DNA from: an uncultured Nitrososphaerota archaeon
GTDB lineage: Archaea; Asgardarchaeota; Njordarchaeia; Njordarchaeales; Njordarchaeaceae
Direction of reading: 5' to 3'
NCBI GenBank assembly: GCA_964518475.1
Contig: CAZFGR010000001.1
Coordinates: 224,001-288,000, forward strand
Length of the DNA stretch: 64,000 nucleotides
Shown: positions 17,760-27,564 of the stretch, in pieces
How positions within the stretch are numbered: position 1 is the first letter of the stretch
Layout of the letters: each line of letters starts with the position of its first letter
Made by a program: the position numbers and the translations under genes
The notes under the pieces: generated by a model
Database searches by the model: none
Seen by the model: the letters and a program-made list of their open reading frames with translations, nothing else
Told to the model about the DNA's origin: nothing

Positions 17760-18890
17760 ATGGCACGAACTGATGTGATTACTGGTAATGATGCAGCTGC
17801 TTGGGGAGCCCGTTTAAGCAGAGTAGAAGTAATTGCTGCCTATCCCATTACTCCACAAACAACCATAGTTGAGACATTATCAAAATGGGTTGATACGGGG
17901 GAAATGAAGGCTAAGTTTATAACTGTAGAGTCCGAGCATTCCGCAATGGCCGCAGTTATAGGAGCCAGTGCAGCGGGAGCAAGAGCATTTACGGCAACAT
18001 CGAGCCAGGGTTTCTTCTATATGTTCGAAATGGTGAGCTGGGCCGTCGGAGCTAGAGTACCCGTTGTCATGGCACTGGTTAATAGAGCTATGGGACCCCC
18101 TTGGAATATATGGGCGGATTGGAATGATGCCTTAGCAGCTCGTGATCTTGGATGGATAATGTTCTTCGCATCCAATAACCAAGAAGTCCTTGACACTATT
18201 ATCCAAGCTTATAAAATAGCGGAAAATAGAGATGTACTATTGCCAGCAATGGTTTGCTTAGAAGGTTTCGTTTTAAGTCATACAACGATGCCCGTGATAA
18301 TCCATGATCAAGAAAAAGTGGACGAGTTCCTCCCCTCCTATAATCCTCCCCACTACGTGGTAAATCCCAAGGTCTCAGAACCAATAACTTACGGTAATAT
18401 CCTTTTCCCATGGGATTATGTAAAAGTACGTATGGCTATACAAAAAGCTATGGACAACGCTGTAAATGTTATTAGGAAGGTTTCAAGAGAATTCAAGGAA
18501 ATCTTTGGACAATGGCACGGAGATCTCATAAAGGAATACCGCACAGATGATGCGGAGTATTTGATTGTTTCAATGGGAAGCGTGGCAGAAGAGGCAGAGA
18601 CCGTTGTGGATAAATTGCGGGAGAAAGGTCTGAAAGTTGGTGCTCTTAAAGTTCGTGTATTCAGACCATTTCCAAAACAAGATATAGCAAGAGTTGCCGA
18701 TGGTGTATCAAAGGTATTCGTAGTTGATAGAGATATCTCCTTTGGGTACGGAGGAATATTAGCTGGTGAGACAAAAGCAGTTCTTCACGAAGCAAAAATC
18801 GACACTCCAGTCAAAGAAATAATCCTTGGTATTGGCGGCGATGAAATCCTCCCAGAACACATTGAGAAAGTAGTATTAGAGAATAGATAG
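17760..18890 (+). CDS. porA: 2-oxoacid:ferredoxin oxidoreductase alpha subunit
   Basis: AYPITPQT, ESEHSA and TATSSQG. Confidence 0.93.
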   Translation: MARTDVITGNDAAAWGARLSRVEVIAAYPITPQTTIVETLSKWVDTGEMKAKFITVESEHSAMAAVIGASAAGARAFTATSSQGFFYMFEMVSWAVGARVPVVMALVNRAMGPPWNIWADWNDALAARDLGWIMFFASNNQEVLDTIIQAYKIAENRDVLLPAMVCLEGFVLSHTTMPVIIHDQEKVDEFLPSYNPPHYVVNPKVSEPITYGNILFPWDYVKVRMAIQKAMDNAVNVIRKVSREFKEIFGQWHGDLIKEYRTDDAEYLIVSMGSVAEEAETVVDKLREKGLKVGALKVRVFRPFPKQDIARVADGVSKVFVVDRDISFGYGGILAGETKAVLHEAKIDTPVKEIILGIGGDEILPEHIEKVVLENR

Positions 18891-18891
18891 T

Positions 18892-19824
18892 TTGGTGATA
18901 AAGATGGCAAAAAACATATTGGGTGAAGTTATAGAAGCTGGGGAATATCTTCTTCCAGGCCATACAGCTTGTCCTGGTTGTGGATCTGCATTAGCTTTAA
19001 GATGGGTTCTTAAAGCACTTGGTAAGGACACAATCCTTGTTATCCCGGCGAGCTGCTCTAGCGTGTATCAAGGAATATATCCATCATCTGCAATAAATGT
19101 ATTCGTATTCAACGTAGCCTTTGCCTCTGCAGCTGCTGTCGCTTCGGGTATTTCGCAAGCGCTGGAAGCAAGAAACTTTAAAGATGTACATGTTGTTGTA
19201 TGGGGAGGAGACGGGGGACTAGTAGATATAGGATTTGCTACTGTTAGTGGAGCAGCTGAGAGAAATGAGAATATTCTCGTAATCTGTTATGATAATGAGG
19301 CTTATATGAATACTGGTATTCAACGTTCAGGTAGTACTCCACCAGGTGCAATAACTACTACGACTCCGCTAGGAAAAATTGTGGGTTTCAAGAAACCAGC
19401 TCCATTTATATGGCTTCTCCATGGTATCCCATATGTTGCCACTGCTAGTGTTGCGTATCCTCTAGATCTCTACCAAAAGGTCAAAAAAGCTGCTAAGATA
19501 AAAGGCTTTAAGTACATCCACATCTTTTCACCATGTCCACCAGGATGGCGCTTTGACGACTCAAAAACGGTTAGTGTTGCGCGATTAGCTGTCGAAACTG
19601 GTTATTGGATATTGTGGGAAGCTGAGAGAGTAAATGGAAAACTGAGATTTACACTCTCTCCGCCCTCAAAACCTTACCTAGATCCGTCAAAACGCAAACC
19701 AATAGAAGAATTCCTCAGATTGCAAAAACGCTTCTCACAATTTACAGAAGATAGCATAAAGCGTATCAAGGAGTTCATAGACTTTCAGTGGTCCCTAGTG
19801 AAAAAGTTCTTAGGTGAGGAATAG
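18892..19824 (+). CDS. porB: 2-oxoacid:ferredoxin oxidoreductase beta subunit
   Basis: GHTACPGCG, GGDG and YDNEAYMNTGIQRS. Confidence 0.93.
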   Translation: MVIKMAKNILGEVIEAGEYLLPGHTACPGCGSALALRWVLKALGKDTILVIPASCSSVYQGIYPSSAINVFVFNVAFASAAAVASGISQALEARNFKDVHVVVWGGDGGLVDIGFATVSGAAERNENILVICYDNEAYMNTGIQRSGSTPPGAITTTTPLGKIVGFKKPAPFIWLLHGIPYVATASVAYPLDLYQKVKKAAKIKGFKYIHIFSPCPPGWRFDDSKTVSVARLAVETGYWILWEAERVNGKLRFTLSPPSKPYLDPSKRKPIEEFLRLQKRFSQFTEDSIKRIKEFIDFQWSLVKKFLGEE

Positions 19825-19889
19825 CCATAAGTAAGTTTTGGGATACCATACCCCCATTTCGCTTACAATTTATTTTTTTCGGTGTTTTA

Positions 19890-20768
19890 ATGTCGAATTT
19901 TTTATTTGGACTCGTCTTCTCAAAGAAAGATCCGGTAAGTATGAACACCTTTAGAACACTTAGAGAATTTGTAAGTGATATCAGCTCTTGCGACGAGATA
20001 CAAAAACTTAGTTCAATAGATTATGATCTATTTATCTCAAAAGAATTAAATGCTCTCCTTATCGTGACTTCAGAAGATCTCATATATGCCGAGAATGTTA
20101 ATAGCTTCAGGTGGTATGTGAATAGGTTTATCTTCGTTAGTCGTCATGAATCATCATCTCATCTACCTAGTCTACTCACTCACTTTCCAGGTAATTGGTT
20201 AAGAGAAAATCCTCTCGGCGGAAATCCAGAAGAGCTTGGAGTAGCGGATCCTATATTTGAAAAAACGTATTTTCAGATGTTGCTAGAAACCGTTGAGGAA
20301 TTCAACCTAGATGATAAATATCATGTCAGTTTAGAAGCTACTCATCATGGTCCTACATCCATAGAAAAGCCAGTCACATTTATAGAAATTGGCAGTAGTC
20401 CCCAAGAGTGGAACGATCAAAAAGCGATCAAGACTCTTATTGAATCCCTAATAAAGACCTTGAAAACACTTTCTTGTAGTAACGTAAAGTATACAAAAGT
20501 AGCTGTGGGTTTCGGAGGCCCTCATTACGCCCCTACCTTTACGAAAATAGTTTCTCAAACAGACATCGCTATAGCACATATAGCATCAAGATACGTGATA
20601 GATAAGGCAACAGATACTATTCTCTTAAATGCTTTAGAGAAATCCTATACAAAACCCACGATGATTTTGTTAGATTGGAAAGGACTAAGAAAAAGCCAGC
20701 GTGATCGATTACTAAGAATATTCTCCAACACCAATCTTGAAATTCTAAAAACAAAGGCCTTGCTCTGA
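19890..20768 (+). CDS. dtdA: D-aminoacyl-tRNA deacylase (archaeal DTD2)
   Basis: SRH.S, TH.PGN, EATHHGP, FIEIGS and GFGGPHYAP. Confidence 0.93.
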   Translation: MSNFLFGLVFSKKDPVSMNTFRTLREFVSDISSCDEIQKLSSIDYDLFISKELNALLIVTSEDLIYAENVNSFRWYVNRFIFVSRHESSSHLPSLLTHFPGNWLRENPLGGNPEELGVADPIFEKTYFQMLLETVEEFNLDDKYHVSLEATHHGPTSIEKPVTFIEIGSSPQEWNDQKAIKTLIESLIKTLKTLSCSNVKYTKVAVGFGGPHYAPTFTKIVSQTDIAIAHIASRYVIDKATDTILLNALEKSYTKPTMILLDWKGLRKSQRDRLLRIFSNTNLEILKTKALL

Positions 20769-20941
20769 ATTAGTGTTATTTTCTTAATTCCATAAACCAT
20801 CCTTAGCTTATACTTTTCTAGTTTCTTAAGTGCATCTGAGTTAATAAGAATGAAAAATCCCAGCTCTTAACTATAAAAGTTTCGTCAAGAATGAGCCATA
20901 AATCTTAGATAAGGTTTTTAGGTGGCGGAAATGCCTGATTT

Positions 20942-21565
20942 TCAACTTCTTTGTTGCTTTTTCTTTAGTTCTATCATTTTCGCTTGGATATAGTCAAAAA
21001 TTACTTTTGCTAAAAAGTTGAATGCTTTGTCGATGTTTTCGCCAGTTTTTGCTGAAGTTTCTATATAGGGGATTGTAACTCCCACTTGTCTACTAGCAAG
21101 TTCGGCATATTTATAACCAGCTTCTGACGGAACTACGTCCTTTGCGGATCCTCTTAGATCTATCTTATTACCAATAAGAACAAAGGGCCACATCCCCCCA
21201 GCATGTCTCCAGAATTCGCTTATCCATTTCGGCACATTATAGTATGTCTTAGGATTAGTTACATCAAAGACAACAAGAGCTGCTCTAGCGCCCTTGTAAT
21301 AGAGTGGACGTACTTGGTCGAAAGTTGGTTGGCCCGCTAGATCCCATAAGAACCAGTTGATAATGACTTCACCGACCCGCTCATCATAATATCTCTGAGA
21401 CTTTATGTAAAAGTCAGCACCGATTGTCTTTTTGTACTCATGTATAAAACTTTTTCCTAAGAATCTACGCGCGATAGAAGTTTTTCCTACTCCACCATCC
21501 CCTATCAAGACAACCTTTATCTGTACTGCTTTAGGAGATGCTTTTCTTTTTGTTATATCAGACAT
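20942..21565 (-). CDS. Rab-like small GTPase
   Basis: GDGGVGKT, TIGADF, WDLAGQ, YYKGA, GNKIDL and ETSAKTG. Confidence 0.93.
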   Translation of the reverse strand: MSDITKRKASPKAVQIKVVLIGDGGVGKTSIARRFLGKSFIHEYKKTIGADFYIKSQRYYDERVGEVIINWFLWDLAGQPTFDQVRPLYYKGARAALVVFDVTNPKTYYNVPKWISEFWRHAGGMWPFVLIGNKIDLRGSAKDVVPSEAGYKYAELASRQVGVTIPYIETSAKTGENIDKAFNFLAKVIFDYIQAKMIELKKKQQRS

Positions 21566-21912
21566 TTAATAGCCACCATTATACTGGATTTTTTTCATGA
21601 ACTAATGATGATGTTCCTTTTTCTATTTTTAAAGTAATCACTTAAACTTTCTCATTGACAAGCATTTTTTATCAGCTCTATTCGAAATTAAAAAGTATTA
21701 TGGTTGAAAGTTCTTTGCAAAAACTAACTATAAAGAGCCCTATTGGATATACAAGAAATTATCCCCATTTTACAACCATCACAATTTTTATCTGGTATTC
21801 TTGATTACATTAATGATACGCTAGTATCCCATAGATAATCCACTAGAATATATTAGTACGGCTGTGTTTCTTTTTTAACATTAGTAACACGCGGGCGTGT
21901 AAGGCGTTAACT

Positions 21913-22806
21913 ATGCTTGAGTCAGATAATTCCGACTCCTCCATTATAAATGAAAATAATGAAAATTATGAAAAATGCCCTAACTGCGGATCCACTAACC
22001 TAAGTCTTGATAATAATGGAATGTTAGTTTGTTACAATTGTGGTTACGTGATAGAGAATATTATTTTAAGTAGTGAATACGAGAAGCGAATTTTCAGTTC
22101 TGAAGATACTATTTTTTCATCACGAATCACACCTCCTACCGATCCTCTATTGAAACATTCCCGTATGGAATTATTACGAATGATTCAGAAAGAAGATAAA
22201 GAGCTGCTCTCTTATGAGCCCTCAGAGACCAGACTTAAAAGAAAACTTGAGGGCGTTATGATTGAAGTCTGCAAAAATCTGCATTTACCATCATCTACGT
22301 TCAAAACTGCTCTAAACATGCTTATAAAGTATGCTCAAAGATACAGTATAAGAGAAAAGAAGCTAAAAGCCTTTGTAGCTGCTGCGCTCTACGTAGCTGC
22401 TCGTCAGACCGGTCATCCACAGCCTATAGATAAGATTCTTAAGAAGACCGGATTAAGCAAGAAAGAGTTCTCTAAAGCATTTAAATTGCTAAGAGAGCGA
22501 TTAAAGCTTCACTTAGCTCCTATAAGTCCAGAACAATACGTAATATCTTTTGGAAAAGAGTTAGGTCTATCGGGTAAAGCTATAAAATTAGCAATAAAGA
22601 TTTTGAAACATGCCTATGAATATGGTTTAACAATAGGGAAAGATCCAGCTGGTCTTGCAGCTGCTTCTCTCTTCGCTGCTTCTATCGCGACTGGCGAGCA
22701 TAGAAGCCAGAGGAGGATAGCGGAGATAGCCTCTATTACAGAGGTTACGGTGAGAACCCGATACAAGGAGTTGAAAAAATACATTACACAACTTAGTATA
22801 TTGTAA
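21913..22806 (+). CDS. tfb: Transcription initiation factor IIB (divergent TFB)
   Basis: CPNCG..CYNCG zinc ribbon, two cyclin repeats, GKDPAGLAAA and TEVTVRTRYKEL. Confidence 0.9.
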   Translation: MLESDNSDSSIINENNENYEKCPNCGSTNLSLDNNGMLVCYNCGYVIENIILSSEYEKRIFSSEDTIFSSRITPPTDPLLKHSRMELLRMIQKEDKELLSYEPSETRLKRKLEGVMIEVCKNLHLPSSTFKTALNMLIKYAQRYSIREKKLKAFVAAALYVAARQTGHPQPIDKILKKTGLSKKEFSKAFKLLRERLKLHLAPISPEQYVISFGKELGLSGKAIKLAIKILKHAYEYGLTIGKDPAGLAAASLFAASIATGEHRSQRRIAEIASITEVTVRTRYKELKKYITQLSIL

Positions 22807-22926
22807 GAACTATGAGGCATATTTATATAAGTATTTAATATTATTGACAAACAAGATCTTCAAACAAGCGAAGAACTAGAGATTTATTGATACCTATCAT
22901 CGAGGTTTTGTTTTAATTCTCGTCTA

Positions 22927-23604
22927 ATGACGACTTCGAGGCGAGAAAAATTGTTAGGAAAAGATAAGGAAGAGCACCCATTTGAATTCAAAATTGAGAA
23001 CTGCGTTGGTTCGGCAAATTTAGGCATTACAATCGATCTACAAGAACTTTATAAAAGACTTCTAAAACTTCAGACAGAAATGCGTGAGACTGTAAGAGAC
23101 ACAGAAATGACTGAGGAGTGGCCGTTCTTAGTTAGACATCAGCCAAGAGAATTCCCCGGACTAATTCTTAAGCTTCGATATAAGGTTCGGGCTAGCTTGT
23201 TAATTTTTAGCTCGGGTAATATTGTCATCACTGGCGCAAAAAGTAAAGAGGAGATAGAGAAGGTTGCTGAGATAATTGTTAATCTATTAAGAAGAGCTGG
23301 CTTTAACATTGAAAGAAAACCTAATATTGAATTACAAAATATAGTAGCTAGTGCGGATCTTAAAAAACCCATTAATCTTGAGTTAGTAGCCATGCTCGGA
23401 GGAGAAAACGTCGCTTACGAACCCGAAATTTTTCCTGGTCTCATTTATAGAATTGAAGAACCTAAAGTGGTCTTACTCCTATTTAGGTCGGGTAAAGTAG
23501 TTTGTACTGGTGCAAAATCTCGAGAGATGATTATTGAAGCTTTAAAGATCATTGATGAAAGATTAAGAGAAATGAATGCTTATGTTGAAGAGCTTGGTTT
23601 CTGA
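22927..23604 (+). CDS. tbp: TATA-box-binding protein
   Basis: ENCVGS/QNIVAS, FPGL twice, LIFSSG/LFRSGKVVCTGAKS. Confidence 0.96.
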   Translation: MTTSRREKLLGKDKEEHPFEFKIENCVGSANLGITIDLQELYKRLLKLQTEMRETVRDTEMTEEWPFLVRHQPREFPGLILKLRYKVRASLLIFSSGNIVITGAKSKEEIEKVAEIIVNLLRRAGFNIERKPNIELQNIVASADLKKPINLELVAMLGGENVAYEPEIFPGLIYRIEEPKVVLLLFRSGKVVCTGAKSREMIIEALKIIDERLREMNAYVEELGF

Positions 23605-23954
23605 CCTTTTCTTTTTAAATAATATTTCAACCCTGCTTCTGGAATTTTTCTGATCCATTTAGCAACAAGATACTTTTTATCTCTCCACCATCTCCCGACC
23701 CCATAAGTTATTACGAAATCGCCTTCTGCAATAGAGTGTATGTTTGTTTTATCATATAGCTCTCTGTAAATCACAACTTCTATTATTTTATCAGGGATAT
23801 CCAAATCTTCCAATATTACGGATGTCCCATCCTCCGATCTTACAATTTGTTTTACGCGTCCAATGATCTTAAGCGTTCTTGAGAAAGATTTTCGAGGGTC
23901 AAGATAGGTAAACTCATAAGGAGTTAGAAGAGGAGACGCACTCATCGTTACCAC
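23580..23954 (-). CDS. Small OB-fold nucleic-acid-binding protein (RPA small-subunit-like)
   Basis: KIIGRV...VILED...EGDFVITYG pattern of an OB barrel. Confidence 0.55.
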   Translation of the reverse strand: MVTMSASPLLTPYEFTYLDPRKSFSRTLKIIGRVKQIVRSEDGTSVILEDLDIPDKIIEVVIYRELYDKTNIHSIAEGDFVITYGVGRWWRDKKYLVAKWIRKIPEAGLKYYLKRKGQKPSSST

Positions 23955-24006
23955 GTATCATCACAACGCACTAGATGATAACATAAGTGTAAAGAATAAA
24001 TAGGTA

Positions 24007-24789
24007 CTATAGAGAAGTAATTGTCTTCTCTATTATCTTTATCACTTTAGGTTTCACACTATCAAAAATTTGAAGAACCTCTTCATGAGAAACTCTGTCC
24101 TGAAGTCCTGCAGCATAATTTGTCACAATACATATTGTCGCATAGCAAATTTCTAGCTCTTTAAACAAAAAAACTTCTGGCACCCCGGTCATTCCAACGA
24201 GATCCCCTCCAATCATCGCAAAAAATCTTATCTCAGCTGGTGTCTCAAACCGAGGCCCTTCTGTACACACGTAAGTTCCCCCATCAAAAATTTCAACCCC
24301 AAGTTCTTTAGCTGCTGAAATAATTTTCTTGCGTAGAAATTCACAATAGGGTTCAGTTACATCCGTATGGACTACTCCTTTCTTCTTTCTACCGTCAGGA
24401 AACTCTATTTCAAACTCACCATCAAAGAAGGTATATATTCTAGATTTTGTAAAATCAATTACTTGATTTGGTACCACTAGGGATCCTGGAGGAAAGTCTT
24501 TTCTAATGGATCCCACAGCATTGGTAGCAATCACGTATTTTACTCCTAATTTGAACATAGCATATGCGTTTGCCCGATAATTGATTTTATGTGGCGGAAG
24601 CTTATGGCCCTTTCCATGCCTAGCAATAAAAGCAACTCTTTTAGATCCGATGTTTCCCACTACAACATTTACAGAGCCGAAAGGGGTCTTAACCAAAACC
24701 TCTTTCATAGATTCTAGAGAAAAGAACTCATAAAAGCCGGAGCCGCCTATCACTCCTACATCTATTCGTGTGCTCATGTAGACCCCCAA
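24007..24789 (-). CDS. mtnP: S-methyl-5'-thioadenosine phosphorylase
   Basis: GVIGGSG, ARHG..H..PPH.INYRAN, EGPRFET.AE and VGMT. Confidence 0.9.
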   Translation of the reverse strand: MGVYMSTRIDVGVIGGSGFYEFFSLESMKEVLVKTPFGSVNVVVGNIGSKRVAFIARHGKGHKLPPHKINYRANAYAMFKLGVKYVIATNAVGSIRKDFPPGSLVVPNQVIDFTKSRIYTFFDGEFEIEFPDGRKKKGVVHTDVTEPYCEFLRKKIISAAKELGVEIFDGGTYVCTEGPRFETPAEIRFFAMIGGDLVGMTGVPEVFLFKELEICYATICIVTNYAAGLQDRVSHEEVLQIFDSVKPKVIKIIEKTITSL

Positions 24790-24884
24790 ATTATTGCCTT
24801 ATCACTAAATGATTCTTAACAGGTTGATAAAAACTTTTAAGTGCAAACTTGGCAATTGATTAAAGCATAACGATTATCAGAAAA

Positions 24885-25397
24885 TTGGTGTCGAGAATGG
24901 GAAAAAGAGCAAAAGTTGAGATTCCTAAAGAATTACTAGAAAAGTTGACAAAGCCGAAAGAATATAGACATTTGTTAAGATTAGTGCATGTGGATGTGCG
25001 GGGGGATATTCCATTATACTACGCTTTAACTCAGGTGAAAGGGATAGGTCCTGCATTAGCGAATGCTATTATAAAAGTGTTAAACCTTGATCCTAACATG
25101 CCAATTGGTTTTTTGAGTGATGAACAAATAAAAATGATTGAAGATGTAGCTAGAAATCCTACAAAGTATGGCATACCTGGTTGGCTTGTGAATAGACCGC
25201 GAGATCCTCAAACTGGAGAAAATCTTCATTATATTGGTCCAGATTTAGTTTTAAGAATACGACAGGACATTGAATTAATGAAGCAGATCAAATGTTGGAA
25301 AGGAATTAGACACGCTTTAGGTCTTAAAGTGAGAGGTCAGAGAACTAGAACTACTGGAAGAAAAGGTTTGACTGTAGGTGTGTCTAAGAGGAAATAG
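24885..25397 (+). CDS. rps13: 30S ribosomal protein S13
   Basis: GIRH.LGLKVRGQRTRTTGR. Confidence 0.97.
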   Translation: MVSRMGKRAKVEIPKELLEKLTKPKEYRHLLRLVHVDVRGDIPLYYALTQVKGIGPALANAIIKVLNLDPNMPIGFLSDEQIKMIEDVARNPTKYGIPGWLVNRPRDPQTGENLHYIGPDLVLRIRQDIELMKQIKCWKGIRHALGLKVRGQRTRTTGRKGLTVGVSKRK

Positions 25398-25409
25398 AGG
25401 TGAAACATT

Positions 25410-25949
25410 ATGGGCGATCCCAAAAAGCCTCGAAAAAAATATGAAACTCCCTCGCATCCATGGCAAAAAGATAGATTAATTGAAGAATTAAGACTTGTTG
25501 GGCAATACGGTTTGCGAAATAAGAGAGAATTATGGAAATTTAAGACAATGCTTTCCGAGATTCGAGGAAGAGCTAGACAGCTCTTAGCAGTTCCATCAGA
25601 AGAAAGAAAAGTTCAGGAAAAAGCGTTAATTCGCCGGCTATACGAGATGGGTATATTAGATGAAGATGCCACACTCGATGATATTTTAAGCTTAACTGTG
25701 GAGGATCTATTGAAGAGAAGACTCCAAACAGTAGTTTATGAGTTAGGAATTGCACGTACAATACATCAAGCAAGACAAATGATCGTTCATCGTCATATAA
25801 CAGTAAACGGTAGAATAGTTACCTCTCCGAGCTATATTGTTAAGAGACACGATATTGTGGCTTTGCATCCTGGATCCCCATATAACAAACTATTAAGGGA
25901 AGCACAACAAACTCTAGAAGAATTAGAAAGCCAAGCTGAGGGAGCATAA
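25410..25949 (+). CDS. rps4: 30S ribosomal protein S4
   Basis: MGDPKKPRKKY, YGLRNKRE and RRLQT. Confidence 0.97.
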   Translation: MGDPKKPRKKYETPSHPWQKDRLIEELRLVGQYGLRNKRELWKFKTMLSEIRGRARQLLAVPSEERKVQEKALIRRLYEMGILDEDATLDDILSLTVEDLLKRRLQTVVYELGIARTIHQARQMIVHRHITVNGRIVTSPSYIVKRHDIVALHPGSPYNKLLREAQQTLEELESQAEGA

Positions 25950-25989
25950 GATATTTTGAATAAAAGAAGACGCGACGAGGTGATAAGAT

Positions 25990-26397
25990 ATGTCAAGTAC
26001 TAAAGAAGATCCTCTAAAGATAGGTATTGTTTACATTTACGCAAGCAAGAATAATACGATAGTTCACATAACGGACGCGACAGGCGCTGAAACGATATCT
26101 AGAAAAAGTGGTGGTATGTTTACAGATGCTGATAGAAACAAGCCCACTCCTTGGGTTGCCATGCTAGTAGCTAAGGCAGCGGCAGAAGAAGCGCGAGCCG
26201 CTGGTATTACGCGAGTTATTGTTAGGGTTAGAGGTATTGGAGGGAATAGATCCCCTCAACCAAATAACAGGGCAGCTAGTGCTGCTATTAAAGCTCTCGT
26301 GAGAGCAGGGTTAAGAATTATATCAATTGAAGATGTCACACCGATACCTCATGATAGCATCCGTAAACCTGGAGGTAGGAGAGGTAGAAGAGTCTAA
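25990..26397 (+). CDS. rps11: 30S ribosomal protein S11
   Basis: NNTIVHITD and [18 protein letters not shown]. Confidence 0.97.
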   Translation: MSSTKEDPLKIGIVYIYASKNNTIVHITDATGAETISRKSGGMFTDADRNKPTPWVAMLVAKAAAEEARAAGITRVIVRVRGIGGNRSPQPNNRAASAAIKALVRAGLRIISIEDVTPIPHDSIRKPGGRRGRRV

Positions 26398-27074
26398 TGG
26401 GTGATCATAATATGAGTAGTAGGGGGCGTTTAAGAAGAAAAAGAAAATTCTGGATAACAGTCTACGCGCCAGAATTGCTTGGTGGTACAAACAGACCTTT
26501 AGCTAAGGTTCTTTGCTCAGAACCAGAGGATTTAATCAATAGAATCGTATTGGTGAAAGGTATCGAGTTTACAAAGGATTTTGAGGATAGAGGAATGAAC
26601 CTATATTTCAGAATTGTCAAGGTAACCCCTAGCGGTGCATTTACTACGTTAATAGGACATGACTATGTTCGAGAAGTGATATCATCAAAGGTCAGACGGA
26701 GAATGTCACGTGTAGAAATAATAACCCATGTTTATACGAAAGATGGACACAGAGTGAAAGTAAGTATACTAGCTATGACTGCTCATAGATGCAAAGAAAT
26801 CCATAAGAAATTGATTAGAAAAATCTTTGAGGAATTCCTTATTACAAAGGCGAAAGAATATAGTTACGAAGAATTCATTTATCACCTAGCCATTGCTAAG
26901 ACGTGGCATGCAGAAATGATAAGACTAGCGCATAAGATTTACCCATTGAGAGAATTCTTAATCTATAAAAGTCGGGCTGAGACGGTTATAGTCCCGAGTG
27001 ATGAAATAGAAAAAGCTGTCGAACAAAAAGAAGAGATAGGGAGAAGGGCCGAAACGTTTACTGCGAGGAGATAA
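26397..27074 (+). CDS. rps3ae: 30S ribosomal protein S3Ae (eS1)
   Basis: W.TVYAP, VRRR.SRV, TKDG and KIYPLR. Confidence 0.9.
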   Translation: MGDHNMSSRGRLRRKRKFWITVYAPELLGGTNRPLAKVLCSEPEDLINRIVLVKGIEFTKDFEDRGMNLYFRIVKVTPSGAFTTLIGHDYVREVISSKVRRRMSRVEIITHVYTKDGHRVKVSILAMTAHRCKEIHKKLIRKIFEEFLITKAKEYSYEEFIYHLAIAKTWHAEMIRLAHKIYPLREFLIYKSRAETVIVPSDEIEKAVEQKEEIGRRAETFTARR

Positions 27075-27077
27075 TCT

Positions 27078-27368
27078 TTACCCTTTTTTAGCTAATATTA
27101 TCTCTATTGTGCTTATTCTATCAATTCTACCTTCTGGATTTTTAACAGTACTAGTACCGATTTTCACAGATTCTATTTCTACTAAATTCTTCAGGTATCT
27201 GGTTCTCAGGATTTCGGCTACATCTACAGCTCTGCTAATTCCAGCACCTCGTGCACATATCCTAATCTTCTTTGTATCCTTATTCATAATCATACTCATT
27301 GCTGTTACAATATAATTCATAAGACCCTTGCGACCAATAAATATCGTTGGGATTTCCTCAGCTCTCAT
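27078..27368 (-). CDS. albA: DNA/RNA-binding protein Alba
   Basis: IFIGRK..MNY, ARG..ISRAVDVAE and STIEI; ATG at 27368 preceded by GGAGGTG. Confidence 0.95.
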   Translation of the reverse strand: MRAEEIPTIFIGRKGLMNYIVTAMSMIMNKDTKKIRICARGAGISRAVDVAEILRTRYLKNLVEIESVKIGTSTVKNPEGRIDRISTIEIILAKKG

Positions 27369-27564
27369 CAAACCAGAACACCTCCGAAACACGCATGGAT
27401 ATTATTTTTCGCCTAAGTCTGATAATCCAAGACGTGTGGATCGCACGCATAGAAGATATGTTAAATAGAGATACAAATAGGTTTTGCTATAATAAAAAGT
27501 TGAATCCAATATGCTTCTCACGCTGTATACTTGGCCTTTTTAATTATTTATTCTATTCTTCTAA

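Noticed and set aside
27358-27370. TGATGA-gag-CTGA over the alba start codon as a K-loop
   Set aside because: No flanking canonical stem could be formed.
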